DNA of 64,000 nucleotides. Origin: Octopus sinensis (Eukaryota). Positions 1 through 11,760 of the stretch are shown in pieces. Location of the stretch: positions 104,780,001 through 104,844,000 of the forward strand of contig NC_043005.1 in the NCBI RefSeq assembly GCF_006345805.1. The letters are read 5' to 3'. Made by a program: the position numbers and the translations under genes. Position 1 is the stretch's first letter. Each line of letters starts with the position of its first letter. The notes beneath the pieces are model-generated. The model was not told the origin of the DNA. It worked only from the letters and a program-made list of their open reading frames with translations, and ran no database searches.

Positions 1-779
1 GGACAGTTTTTGTGTTGGGAGCAAATCTTTACGGTCCCAAGATCTGAAATCAAAAACTGACTTAAATCAAATATGTACTAGCATTAGGCTGATCCAGATC
101 TTGGCGCGGAGGTAACCCACATTTTTCATTCGTAGAGTTGTTGGGATCGAGTCGATATATGTCTGACGATTTAAAACTTAGTGATATAGTTTTAGCTCAA
201 TTGAGTATGAATTTCTGTTGAGTTTATCTGAGACTCAGAGAAACATGCTTTCATTGATCTTATATTGGAATTATATAAATATTTAACTATTACGAATATT
301 GAGTGTTCCTTTATTTGTCATATAACACTTGTTCAACCATCTTCTATACATATACATACACATACATACAGGCATACATGTGTGTGTCTGTGTTTGGCTG
401 CGGGTTGGTGCGTTTGTGTATGTAAAAATAATGATGCATTTATTTGTCTAAACTTAGAGGCAAACAAACAGCATAAATATATGTGCATGCGCTCGGGACT
501 GTTTTTGCTAGCTCGCGCGCGAGTGACTTTTGTGTTTATTCTTAGACATGATGATAAAAGAAAAAATATACATGTATAAACATATGTATAACTAACTACC
601 TGTTTGGTTTGTAACTTCGTTTGTCAATCTAAAAAAATGTGATCGGGTTAGAGAAGGAGGATAAGTGGAACATGAGAGTGGGAAAGAGAGAGAGAGGGGG
701 GGAGTGAGGAGAGGAAAGGAAAGAAGAAAGCGAGATAGGGAGGGGAGGTAGAGAGGGTGGGGAGTGACTGTGTGTGGTA

Positions 780-955
780 CGCGGTTTGAGAAAACAAGAA
801 AGATGGCAGCCGAAGAGACGAAACATCGAGGACGGGAAAAATAACAAGAGCTAAAATGGCAGCCAAAAACAAACACTAATTTCTGTCTGTTTTGATCGGA
901 AAGTGGCGTTGATGGCGACTTCCTGTTATACATTTATAGCAAAGCCTGTGTGAGT
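780..955. promoter_or_regulatory. Possible housekeeping-type core promoter (YY1-like and ETS-like motif cluster)
   Basis: AAGATGGCAGCC (800-811) and AAAATGGCAGCC (853-864) resemble the YY1 motif AANATGGCG/A. CGGAAAGTGGCG (897-908), GATGGCG (911-917) and ACTTCCTG (918-925, ETS-like) follow within 130 bp of CpG-richer unique DNA. No transcript evidence. Confidence 0.3.
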
Positions 956-1086
956 TGTGGCATTGTTTGGAGCCCAGTAGGACCCTGTGTGCTTATGTGC
1001 ATGGATCGTATATGAGCACCTATATGTGTGCGTCTGTGAGTGTGTTTGTGCTTGTGTGTGCGAGTGTGTGTGTGTGTGTGTCTGTC

Positions 1087-1119
<33 letters not shown>

Positions 1120-1212
1120 CTGTCGATATTTCTGCTGTTCACATTGAGCTTGAGTAAATTTCTGTGTTCGTATTTTAACATGATTTTGTGTGTGTGTGTG
1201 TGTCTGTGTGTG

Positions 1213-1268
<56 letters not shown>

Positions 1269-1699
1269 CGTGTGACCGGGTGAGTGTTCGTTCGTGTATT
1301 TGTGTGTCCCTGTATGTCTATGTGTGTGTATGTGTGAGCTATATTTATAGCGCTTGAGGTGAAAGTTTGTCTTTGGAGGGAGGGTATCTTCTAAATTACA
1401 TTTCATTTATTTTCAGATGATTGTTGCTATCGTTTTTATATTCGTCGTCGTCATCGTGGTTGTCAATATGTTGTTAAAGATGTTGATGATGATGTTGATG
1501 ATGATGTTGATGATGTTGATGGAAATGGTGGTGATTTTGATTATGATGATAATGTGGATGTTAATGAGAAATTTTCGGTGCTGTTGTTAATGTGACTGTT
1601 GTTACAGTAACAGAAACAAAGATGGAAATGAATACCTTAATGAAAAAAATTGATGGCGTCCCTTGGTGATTCTTGTATTAATAGCAACGTATATACCAT

Positions 1700-1702
1700 A
1701 AA

Positions 1703-1769
<67 letters not shown>

Positions 1770-1962
1770 GTTATTATTATCACTATCATCATCATCATCG
1801 TTGTTGTTGTTGTTGTTATTATTATTATTATTATTATTATCATCGATATTGACCAAAATAAGTAATGATCGGTATTTTAAATTTTATTGATATAATGAGC
1901 AGCAGCTGTGGTAGCAGTGGCAGCAGCAGCAGCAGCAGAAGTAGTAGTAGTAGTAGTTGTAA

Positions 1963-1998
<36 letters not shown>

Positions 1999-2030
1999 CA
2001 GTAGTAGTAGTAGTTGTTGTTGTTGTAGTA
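1700..2030. repeat. Compound trinucleotide microsatellites (TTA)n, (ATC)n, (TTG)n, (AGC)n, (AGT)n
   Basis: Direct reading; these give the poly-I/N/S/Y ORFs in the track. Confidence 0.95.
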
Positions 2031-2119
2031 GTAGTGTGAGAAGGTGGTGCTGTAGCAGCGGTTAGAAATAATAGTGGAAATCAATGTTTGTAATTATAAT
2101 GATGGTGAAGTCGAAAAAA

Positions 2120-3918
2120 GAAGGAACCTGGCATGGTTGGGGCCCTGATCAATTTGGATCAATCGAAAGCTTTCGATAGGGTAGACAATCGATACTTGGA
2201 GGTTGTCCTCAGAGCGGCTGGTTTCGGTCCCGTCTTCCGCGGACGACGTCAACGTCATAGTGTCTAGTCACGAGCACATCGAGCTGGTCGGCGAGACACT
2301 GAAAGACTACGACGCGGCGACAGGAGCGAAAATCAACCAGGAAAAGTCAGTGGGCTTGCGGCTCGGCAACTGGAGAAGAAGTCCATGCCGTCCACCAGCG
2401 CCGTGGACGCCGTGGGAAGCTGGACCGACGGTCCAGTCGAGATGCTCGGGGTCTGGTTCGGTCCAGACCTCCAAATGGAGAAGAACTGGAACGAGATAAC
2501 GAGTAGGGTGGTCACTTTCGCACGGCAATGGGCCGAGAGGAAACTGTCCCTAAAAGGTCGGGCAGAGGTGCGAACACGTATATCGCGTCCGTCATCAACT
2601 ACCACCCGACCGTCGTACCTTGTCCCGACCCTACCATCACCAAACTAGAATGCATTCTCTTCCGCTTCTTGTGGAAAGGATGCGTCCCGATGGTCAGGCG
2701 ATCCATTTGCTGTCAACACCCGTTAAAAGGAGGGCTGGGCATGCCGTGGTTGATGATGCGCAGACACGCGCCGAGACTGCGACATCTCCGGCTCTATGTA
2801 GACGACGGTGAACAGGTGTGGTCGCCGTTTGTGAGGCACGCCTTCCCGCAGCTCGTCTCTATGAACGAACTCCAGTCGTGGATCAAAAAGAGGCCAAGGA
2901 AGGGGAATGGCACCACGAGTGGCACGTTGATCTCAAACAACTATGCCGTTCCGGGTCGACCTTGAGTGACTTCAACACAACAAAAGCACTCTATAGGGGA
3001 TTAGTGGAAGGGAGGTACGACGACGATCTCGGGGCGAACTTGGGCATCGACAAGGAATACCTGACCCGCCTGTTCAAGACGACTTTCGGGCCGGGACCGA
3101 TGGACAACTTCCAGAGATCCCTGGCCTGGCAGTGCTACCTAGAAGCGCTACCCGTTCGGGATAATCTCTACAGACACGGCTCGAGAAACACGGGGCCGAC
3201 CTGCCCGAGATGCGGGCAGAGCGACGAAACCGTTCTGCACGCAATCGGGCTGTGTCCAACAATCTCCGACCTGTGGACTTATGTCGAACGACTGCTGTGT
3301 CGTGTGAGACGAGTCGGTTTATCAGCCGAGTCTATCGTCAGTATTGTCACGCCTCCTTCCTTCAAACGGGAAGGAAGAGATATTTTCATCATCCTTTCGC
3401 TATGGCGAAAGAATGTATCTGGAGGACGCGTCTGAAAGGATTAGAGACAAACACTTTCCTCTCTGGTCAATCTCTCATCAACTTCTTCAAGTATCACTTG
3501 AAAAGGAAAGTGAGAGTAGAGAGGCAAGTTTTGTCTAGCGAATGTTTCAATTAAGATGGGTGATTGTAGCAAGGATGGCACGTATGACTGACGAAGCCAC
3601 CTTGAGCATGATCCTATGAACCCGGAAAAATTTTAAATAGAGAGTACTTACTTGCAAATATATGTTTTAACATGTGACATTACTGACCGAGGTAACCGTC
3701 GTCTTTTCCGTCGGCTTTTCTTTCCACAGATAAACCCGATCTGCTCCCCCCTTTACACTTTACATCATGACATTTCTGTGATACACGATTCCTATTGATC
3801 GTTTTGTTTTTTACGATCCCTTTTGATCGAAAACCTTTTGTTTTCTCCCCTAAAAGAAAAGCTCTACTTTGTAATTTGTCCCCTCTGTGTTCAACCCTGT
3901 GTGGCTAATAAAGAAACA
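2120..3918 (+). mobile_element. L1/Tx1-clade non-LTR retrotransposon, 5'-truncated, frameshifted ORF2 (RT C-terminal half, CCHC knuckle) plus 3' UTR
   Basis: Translates to GALINLDQSKAFDRVDNRYL (RT motif, from about 2142), ADDVNVIV...TGAKINQEKSVGL, ECILFRFLWKG...PLKGGLGMP, FQRSLAWQCYLEALPVRDNLY and CPRCGQSDETVLHAIGLC. AATAAA at 3907-3912 is followed by (TATC)n. Homologous to 7961-8337 and 39087-40272. Confidence 0.92.
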
Positions 3919-4040
<122 letters not shown>

Positions 4041-4940
4041 AGCTATATATATATGTATACCTCTATATATAAAACTGAAATGCCTTTTTACCGCTTGGAT
4101 CGCTTTCAATGCCACTACACCCTGTCCGATTCGCTCCAAAATTTACAGGGACATGTAGAATGAGGTGATGATGCCCGTGGGCTACCTTAGAAAACCCTAG
4201 CTTAAAAGGTGTAGTTGCTAGGGGCCATCTTCCTCACTCACGCTATTTCCTCTATTACCCTCTCACTCCCCTTTATATATAACTTTGACAATTACACTTC
4301 CGTTATTTAAAGTATCTGTCTTCATAAACTCACTCTCGCTATTTCCTCTCTTTTTCACTCAGTCTGTTTCCTACCTTCCCATCGCTTCGGCGTTCTTTTA
4401 TGTATCTGTCTGTCACCAACAACACACGAGCATGAGAACAAATATTATGAATCAGATATTCTTGCGTTCATTTATATGTGTGTATGTGTGTGTGTTCTAT
4501 ATATAGATATGTATATATAATGTATGTGTGTGTGTGTTCTATATATGAATATGTATATATAATGTATGTGTGCGTGTGTTCTATATATATAATGTATATA
4601 TATAATGTATATATACAAAGTGTATATATCTGTATTTATGTATATTAAACTTTTTCATACTTTTTCATAGTTATATATATTTTTAAACAAATTATAAATA
4701 TAATTTAATAATTTTTATTTTCAATTTAAATAATTTAAATTTTTCAATTTTATATTTTATATATTTTCTATTTTCTATTTTTTTAATGTTTTTGTTTTTG
4801 GTTTTTCACTGTTTGATTTGCCTATTAGTGGTTTTATCTCTAATTTAATTTATACAGATATATATCTCATTTGTATACATTTGTATATATAATGCGTGCA
4901 CACACACACACACACACACACACCACACATATATACATAT

Positions 4941-4971
<31 letters not shown>

Positions 4972-4972
<1 letters not shown>

Positions 4973-5262
4973 ACATTATTGGTGAATTGAAGAAATGGAG
5001 CTGAACGCAGATTGAACAGAAATCGTTTTATTTCATTCTACACGTGTTTCGAAAGGCACAAATTACCAAAATCCGATTGAATAATGGGACCATGTTTTTC
5101 CAACGGATTTCCTTTTTTCTTCCTGAAGAGAAAGACACAATATGGTCCCATTATTCAATCGGATTTTGGTAATTGTGCCTTTCGAAACACGTGTAGAATG
5201 AAATAAAACGATTTCTGTTCAATCTGCGTTCAGCTCCATTTCTTCAATTCACCAATAATGTT
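4972..5262. repeat. Near-perfect inverted repeat (122/121-bp arms, 48-nt spacer) carrying a hammerhead
   Basis: 4972-5093 is the reverse complement of 5142-5262 apart from one 1-nt indel; the left flank is (TA)n. Confidence 0.95.
5113..5203 (+). ncRNA. Type I hammerhead ribozyme motif H1
   Basis: Stem I TTTC-TTC / GAA-T-GAAA; core CTGAAGA 5123-5129; stem II GAAAGACACAAT / ATTGTGCCTTTC (11 of 12 pairs); GAAA 5184-5187; palindromic stem III ACACGTGT 5187-5194; predicted cleavage after GUA at 5195. Confidence 0.75.
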
Positions 5263-6231
5263 TTAATTTCAATTATCCGCACCAACGCACGGTTGCAACG
5301 CCAATGGTTGTACCTCCAACCGTGCTGTTCACTGCTGTGATTTTGCTACTAGGTATCGGTTAAACTTTGATTAATCTACTACAAGATTATTCATCTTTCT
5401 ATTTCACAAAATTATATATATATATATATATATAATGTGTGCATTACGTAGTCGGTCGATTCAGCTGAAAATATGCACACCTATGTTAAAAGTGCTGGCA
5501 AGTTTGCATGACAACTATTTATTTCCTCAAATGAAAGGCGTCACCTCTAGGACAAAATTCCTCATCTTATAAAATGTGACCCCAGTACACCCGAATGAGA
5601 TCGGGTTATATTAATCAAAATGTTAAAAGGGGTCTAAATGGGGCTGGAAGGGGATTAAAATTTCAAGGAGCGGGTGTTTAGGAATTCTCTGTTACATCAA
5701 GCTAATAATTTGCGTCAATGTGTTGCCGTCCATGATAAAGAAGTTTTGAATGCTGGCCATGGTGAGTCTACTGTCGTGAGAAAGAATCACTTCAAAAATT
5801 GGTGTTTACGAATTTTCTTTTACATCAAGTTCAAAATTTTACGCCAGCCGTTGAACTGTCAATAGGTTGCTGTCCGTCGTAAAGAAATGCCAGCCATGGT
5901 GACTATACTATCCTCAGATTCTATACCTTCAAACTTTGGTTTCCAATATTTTATTTTTTTTATTCAGCTCGCAAGTTCGTCTGTCCCTTTTAAATGTTAG
6001 CGTTTTGCTGTCTGCCTTGAAGCAGACCTTTCCGTTGCAACTGCCTGATATTTATGATTGATCTTTCTAACTATTTTATTTCTCAACTTACTCAAGATCT
6101 TCTGTTGTTTATAAATGGGAGAGAGAGAGATAAAGATAGAGAGTAAGAGAAAGCGAGGGAGAGTCCGAGAGAAAAGAAAAGTAAGAGAGTGGGAAAGTGA
6201 GAGAGAAAGGAGAGAGAAACAAAGACGGAGA

Positions 6232-6545
6232 ATCATCATCATCATCATCGTTTAACGTCCGTTTTCCGTGCTAGCACGGGTTGGACAGTGTGACCGGGGT
6301 CTGGGAAGCCAGGAGGCTGCACCAGGCTCCAGTCTGATCTGGCAGTGTTTCTACAGGTGATGACCTTCCTAACGCCAACCACTCTGTGAGTGTAGTGGGT
6401 GCTTTTTTCGTGCCGCCGGCACAGGTGCCAGGGGGGCTCGCAGCGGCAACGATCGGTTGGTGCTTTTTACGTGCCACCGGCACAGAAGCAAGTCAAGGCG
6501 GCGCTGCAATCGGCCACGTTCGGATGGTGTTTTTTACGTGCTGAA
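6232..6545 (-). mobile_element. SINE (3' part) with (GAT)n tail and internal ~66-bp tandem units
   Basis: The minus strand contains GGTTGGCGTTAGGAAGGTCATCACCTGTAGAAAC, a conserved invertebrate SINE body motif, and ends in AAACGATGATGATG. Three GTGCTTTTT(A/T)CGTG-type units occur at about 6400, 6460 and 6527. Confidence 0.7.
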
Positions 6546-6608
6546 AGGAAGCAACAGAAAGTAACAACCACACTCTTATCCGCGCGTAGAGCAGGTCACC
6601 TTCAGCTA

Positions 6609-6668
<60 letters not shown>

Positions 6669-6840
6669 TATATATAAATGTTTTGTGTATGTGAGCCGCA
6701 CGGGCCTTCGTTTTTGGAATCTCCACTTACAGTAAACGGAAAAAACAGTCTTTGACTGCCATTTCTAATTCCTTCGGTATGAGGCGAAGCAGCCTGCTGC
6801 TAACCCTTTTATTTGCTTTACTATATACTGAACCTTACAA

Positions 6841-6898
6841 AGTTCCTGACGATGAATTTGTCGTATTTACATACCGAAATTTACCGGTAAATAATTGT
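6841..6898 (+). ncRNA. Imperfect hammerhead-like motif H2
   Basis: Canonical CTGACGA 6846-6852, GAAA 6876-6879, perfect 14-nt palindrome ATTTACCGGTAAAT 6879-6892, then A. Stems I and II do not close cleanly. Confidence 0.4.
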
Positions 6899-7124
6899 TG
6901 GTTACATGAAAAACCACAGAAAAATTATTTACCATTTTTATTGCATTACCATGTGGATCCCTTATTCCATTACGATTACCCAGAAGGCGCGCATGGCAGA
7001 ACTTTGGAGGGAGAATTTACGTTCCCAGTCATTACTTAGTTTTAACATCTGCACACTTCCCCCCACTATCTGATATCGCTGGGTCAGAAGTGAGGGCCTG
7101 TGGCATTTGGTAAATCTATCGAAT

Positions 7125-7187
7125 ATAGCGCCGAAGAAGGAAATCAAACTATTTTCTGAGTTTGTGATCCAGAAACATGTTCGTTAT
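7125..7187 (+). ncRNA. Type I hammerhead motif H3 with CCGAAGA (U4C) core
   Basis: Stem I ATAGCG / CGTTAT (6 bp, one G-U); core CCGAAGA 7131-7137; stem II GGA...CAAAC / GTTTG...TCC; GAAA; palindromic ACATGT 7175-7180; GUU triplet. Confidence 0.6.
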
Positions 7188-7389
7188 TAACGGTAAGTGA
7201 CTGTTTGCGTCTATTTGCTACTCCGGTTTTGTGTATGTGAGCCGCACGGGCCTTCGTTTTTGGAATCTCCACTTACAGAAAATGGAAAAAACAGTCTTTG
7301 ACTGCCATTTCTAATTCCTTCGGTATGAGGCGAAGCAGCCTGCTGCTAACCCTTTTATTTGCTTTACTATATATATATATATATATATA

Positions 7390-7620
7390 TATTTGTCTGT
7401 CTGTCTGCCGATCAGTGTGTCTTTGTATTTGTGTTTGCCCCCACTCACCGCTTGACAACCGGTATTGGTTTGTTTACATCTTTGTAACTTGACAGTTCGG
7501 CAAAAAACCGTTGCAAATGTATTAGACTAAGTACTGGTGTCGATTTGTTACGACTGAAACTCTTCAAAGCTGTGCCCCAGAATGGCTGCTTTTCAGTGTC
7601 AGAAATAAGTAAAAGTTAAA
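7390..7620 (+). mobile_element. Decayed 3' part of SINE family A
   Basis: GCTTGACAACCGG...CAGTTCGGCAAAA...TAAGTACTGG matches the body of 10619-11043. Confidence 0.65.
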
Positions 7621-7960
7621 ATGTGCGTGTGAGCGTGTGACATGCTTCGAATGCTTGCAACAGATTGAAGTTTGCCAAAATCAACCATTGAGTATGTTGT
7701 CAAACGGACCACAGATTAAGCCAACCACACAAGAAGTCAAGCTGTAAAAGAGCGGAACAAACATCGTAAGTTCGACACTAACTATTCTTTCAACCACTGC
7801 CCTGGACTCGCACTTAATTTGTACTGAAAGATGAAAAGGAATTGACTTCTGCTATAATTGAACTTGCAACACAAAGTTGAGAAAAATACTTGCTTTTTAC
7901 CCTAAAGACTCTGCCTATATATGATGTCAGAGATAGATACATCGATAAATTGATAGATAT

Positions 7961-8337
7961 CTTTCTTTATTAGCCACACAGGGCTGCACACAGACAGGAC
8001 AAATTACAAGGTAGAGCTTTTCTTTTGGGGGTAAAAAAAGGGGGTTTGGTTTTCGATCAAAAGGGATCGTAAAAGGGAAAGAAAAGAAAAGGAAAAGAAA
8101 AAAAGGAAAAGGAAAAAACGATCAATAGGGATCGTGTATCACAGAAATGTCGTGATGTAAAGTCTAAAGGGGGAAGCAGATAGGGTTTATCCGTGGAAAG
8201 AAAAGCCTATGGGAAAAGGCCACGGTAACCTCGGTCAATAATGTCACATGTTAACACATTTATTTGCAAGTAACTCACTGTTTAAAAATTTTCCGGGTTC
8301 ATAGGATTATGCTCAATGTGGCTTCGTCATTCATACC
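7961..8337 (-). mobile_element. Tx1-clade LINE, short 3' fragment (ORF2 end plus 3' UTR)
   Basis: The reverse complement aligns to about 3580-3918, with AATAAA at 7971-7966. The truncated 5' end abuts (GATA)n at 8338-8447. Confidence 0.92.
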
Positions 8338-8430
<93 letters not shown>

Positions 8431-8860
8431 TATAGATAGATAGATAGTGAGAGGTGGCAATAAAGAGCGCTTTTTAATATCTTGAGAAAAACGTGAATGA
8501 TATATGTTCTTTCATATCTCAACAATTCACTATAAATTTGCGGTTTTGAAGCCGTATACAAAAGACCATTTAGCGCTAGTTGAAGCTGTAAGTATCGATA
8601 TAGTCAATCCGCTTGTTGTTGTTGTTGTTGCTGTTGTTGTTGTTGTTGTTGTTGTTGTTCTTCTCTTCTTCTTCTTCTTCTTCTTCTTCTTCTTCTTTCT
8701 CTTAGCGTCTCCCTATTCTGTTTCTTCCCACCACCACCACTTACTTCCCATCTTTTTTGCTCTGTACGGAAATGGTCAAAAATGCAATTTTGGCGATTGA
8801 GTGCGAAAGTCGAGTTGACCGTAACCTAATCGACGAAATACTGTTTTATGGTGATCGCAC

Positions 8861-8969
<109 letters not shown>

Positions 8970-10001
8970 TAATAATGATATTCATGCTACTATTCTTGAT
9001 CTTATTGCTGCCATGCTGCTACTGCTGCCACTGCTGCCACTGCTACTACACGTTTTATTTTCTTTTTCAGTCGAAATGTGTATATTCGGTTTGGTCAACA
9101 AAAACACCAACAATTTCTGCATCAAAGATAACAGCAACAACAGCAAGAAACAAATCAACAAAAATAAAATGATGGGGGAAAGAAAAGAAAAAAAAAAGAA
9201 GCAGAATATTTCATTCTGCTCGCTGCTGTGTTTATGAAGCAGCTTTTGTTTATCACATGCTCTATTAAATAGTATCGCAGTAAAGAGGCCACCGTGTCTA
9301 TTAAATGACATCAAAAGCCCGCTTTGTGGTGAAACAGGTACTGAACACGATCGCACACTAGAAACAATGACTAGAAACTAATTCGATTTCCGCCACCACA
9401 GAAATTCCATTATTATTTCACTGTTTTTCAATTATATTATTTACAAATGACCCTTACCATTTTTTCCTTCTCTTATTTTGTTTTTATTCTACATTTACTC
9501 ATTTTTCGCTTTTATTTTCATTTCTTTTTCCAATGCATGACTTTCAGAGCATTTTGGTGAGCTTTTTTTTTTTTGGCTTATTTTGTTATTGGTATTTGTG
9601 TTTTTTCTAATGCTTTCGATTAATATCACATAGTGGTAAGAGGTAAGTGAATATAATTTAACACCAGATGTTATAACACTTTCCCGACACACGTTCATAC
9701 TGACACACGCAAGTATTCAAGTACAAACTAATCTGTATACACACACACAGACACACACAAATATATATACATATATATTTATATATACATACAAATATAT
9801 ATACACATATGCATATATATATATATACATATGTATATATATATATATATACATACATACATATACACAATATAGATAGATAGAGAGAGAGATAAGATAG
9901 GTAGATAGAGAGAGAGATAAGATAGGTAGATAGATAGAGAGATAGAGAGATAGATAAATAGATAAATAAACAAATACATATATAAATATATACATATACA
10001 G

Positions 10002-10039
<38 letters not shown>

Positions 10040-10618
10040 CAATAACAAACATACACACTCACAAACACACGCGCACACACACGCACACACGTCTCAGAAA
10101 CGAAGTGCCACTCTCGAAACAGCAGTAACTGCATCTCCCCAGAACGTAAGAACTTATATAAACCTAGAAACATCTCTCTTTTCTTCCCTACTCTCACTCT
10201 CTCTTACACACACACACACACAACAAACAAACAAAAACTATATGACAAGGATGTACAAACAACATTAGCAAGAAAGAAATAGAAACAATACATTATTACA
10301 AATAAATAAAATTAAAGATAATCAACTATTTTCCTCCATTAAAAATAAAACAAGTAACAGTAACCTAAGTTGGTGTAGCTCCACTTTTAGGCACCAAGTC
10401 TTTATCGCCGTATCAAAATGTTTTTTAAATTGTTACACAATCGTTTTTTCTCAACCATAGGTGTAGAAGTTTCAGTAACGCTTCACGCAAGTCATTTATT
10501 TTACCACATCTAAATTTAAACAAACATTATTTTATAAGATTAGATAAGCATGTACTATTACTCGGCTAAACAGCAATCTACATCGTATGATAGCCCAAAT
10601 TTGAACTGATGTACACAT

Positions 10619-11043
10619 AGGCGCAGGGGTGGCTGTGTGGTAAGTAGATTGCTAACCAACCACATGGTTCCGGGTTCAGTCCCACTGCGTGGCATCATGG
10701 GCAAGTGTCTTCTGCTATAGCCCCGGGCCGACCAATGCCTTGTGAGTGGATTTGGTAGACGGAAACTGAAAGAAGCTTGTCGTATATATGTATATATATA
10801 TATATATTATATATATGTATGTGTGTATGTGTTTGTGTGTCTGTGTCTGTCCCCCTAGCATTGCTTGACAACCGATGCTGGTGTGTTTACGTCCCCGTCA
10901 CTTAGCGGTTCGGCAAAAGAGACCGATAGAATAAGTACTGGGCTTACAAAAAATAAGTCCCGGGGTCGATTTGCTCGACTAAAGGCGGTGCTCCAGCATG
11001 GCCGCAGTCAAATGACTGAAACAAGTAAAAGAGTAAAAGAGTA
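10619..11043 (+). mobile_element. tRNA-derived SINE family A, full length
   Basis: Head GGCGCAGG..TGGCTGTGTGGTAAG (A-box-like) and GGTTCAGTCCC (B-box-like), internal (TA/TG)n, tail GTAAAAGA repeats. Near-identical to 23411-23804 and 31631-32020. Confidence 0.9.
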
Positions 11044-11564
11044 TGAACATCGATGTACTTCTTTAGCACCATCTTCTTAGGAATAGAAACCCTGACTGAA
11101 AATTAGATATTTGTTAAATATAGAATTCTTTTGGAATTGTATAAATTCAGTATCTTCATTCATTTTGGAGTGACCTTGGAACTCATGACATAGACTCTTC
11201 AAATTACATCTGGAGAGGCAAAAATATTATTAAATTTGATCAAAGTAGAAATTAATTTGTGTATCCAAACTGTATAAGCATTGTAATAGGTCTTGTAGCA
11301 AGTGCGCTTCAGAAACATGGGAAAATTTAATCTCTAAAATTACTGTCATTAAGAAAATGTCGGTGCTGATTTCCAGTAGTGTGCGAGGAAAATACAGCAG
11401 AGGAACTTTTTCAAACCATTTCTCTGATAACTGAGATCAGAGAACCTACAAAGTGATTTCCATTTGTGTTTAAAACTGTTTTATTGTGAAACAACGTTTG
11501 TATTCTTAGAATTATTTGGTAAAATGAATTTTAATATTCAAGGAAGTCATTGAATTGGCAGAAC

Positions 11565-11760
11565 CGTTACTACGCCGAGCAAAATGCTTAGCGGCACAAC
11601 GATCGTCCTTACGTTCTGAGTTCAAATTCCGCCGAGGTCAACTTTGCTTTTCATCCTTTCGGGATCGGTAAAATTGTACCAGTTGAACACTGGAGTCAAT
11701 GTAATCAACTTTCCTCCTCTCCTGAACATTCTGGCCTTGTACCAAAACTTGGAATTATAT
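11565..11760 (+). mobile_element. SINE family B, single decayed unit
   Basis: GGCAGAACCGTTA...AAATGCTTAGC...GAGTTCAAATTCCGCCGAGGTC...CATCCTTTCGGG. Confidence 0.8.

Larger units (their letters stand above)
6680..7373 (+). mobile_element. Non-coding partial-tandem element (148-bp direct repeats, 546-bp period) with two hammerhead-like motifs; Penelope-like or retrozyme-like
   Basis: 6680-6827 matches 7226-7373 with two substitutions; both flanks are (TA)n; hammerhead-like motifs at 6846 and 7125. Confidence 0.7.

Noticed and set aside
809-832. CCGAAGA-GAC-GAAAC as a hammerhead
   Set aside because: No stem II and no U at 16.1; chance match.
6700-6745. Minus-strand CTGTAAG-TGGA/TCCA-AAAAC inside the 148-bp direct repeat
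   Set aside because: Too many core deviations, and G at the cleavage position.
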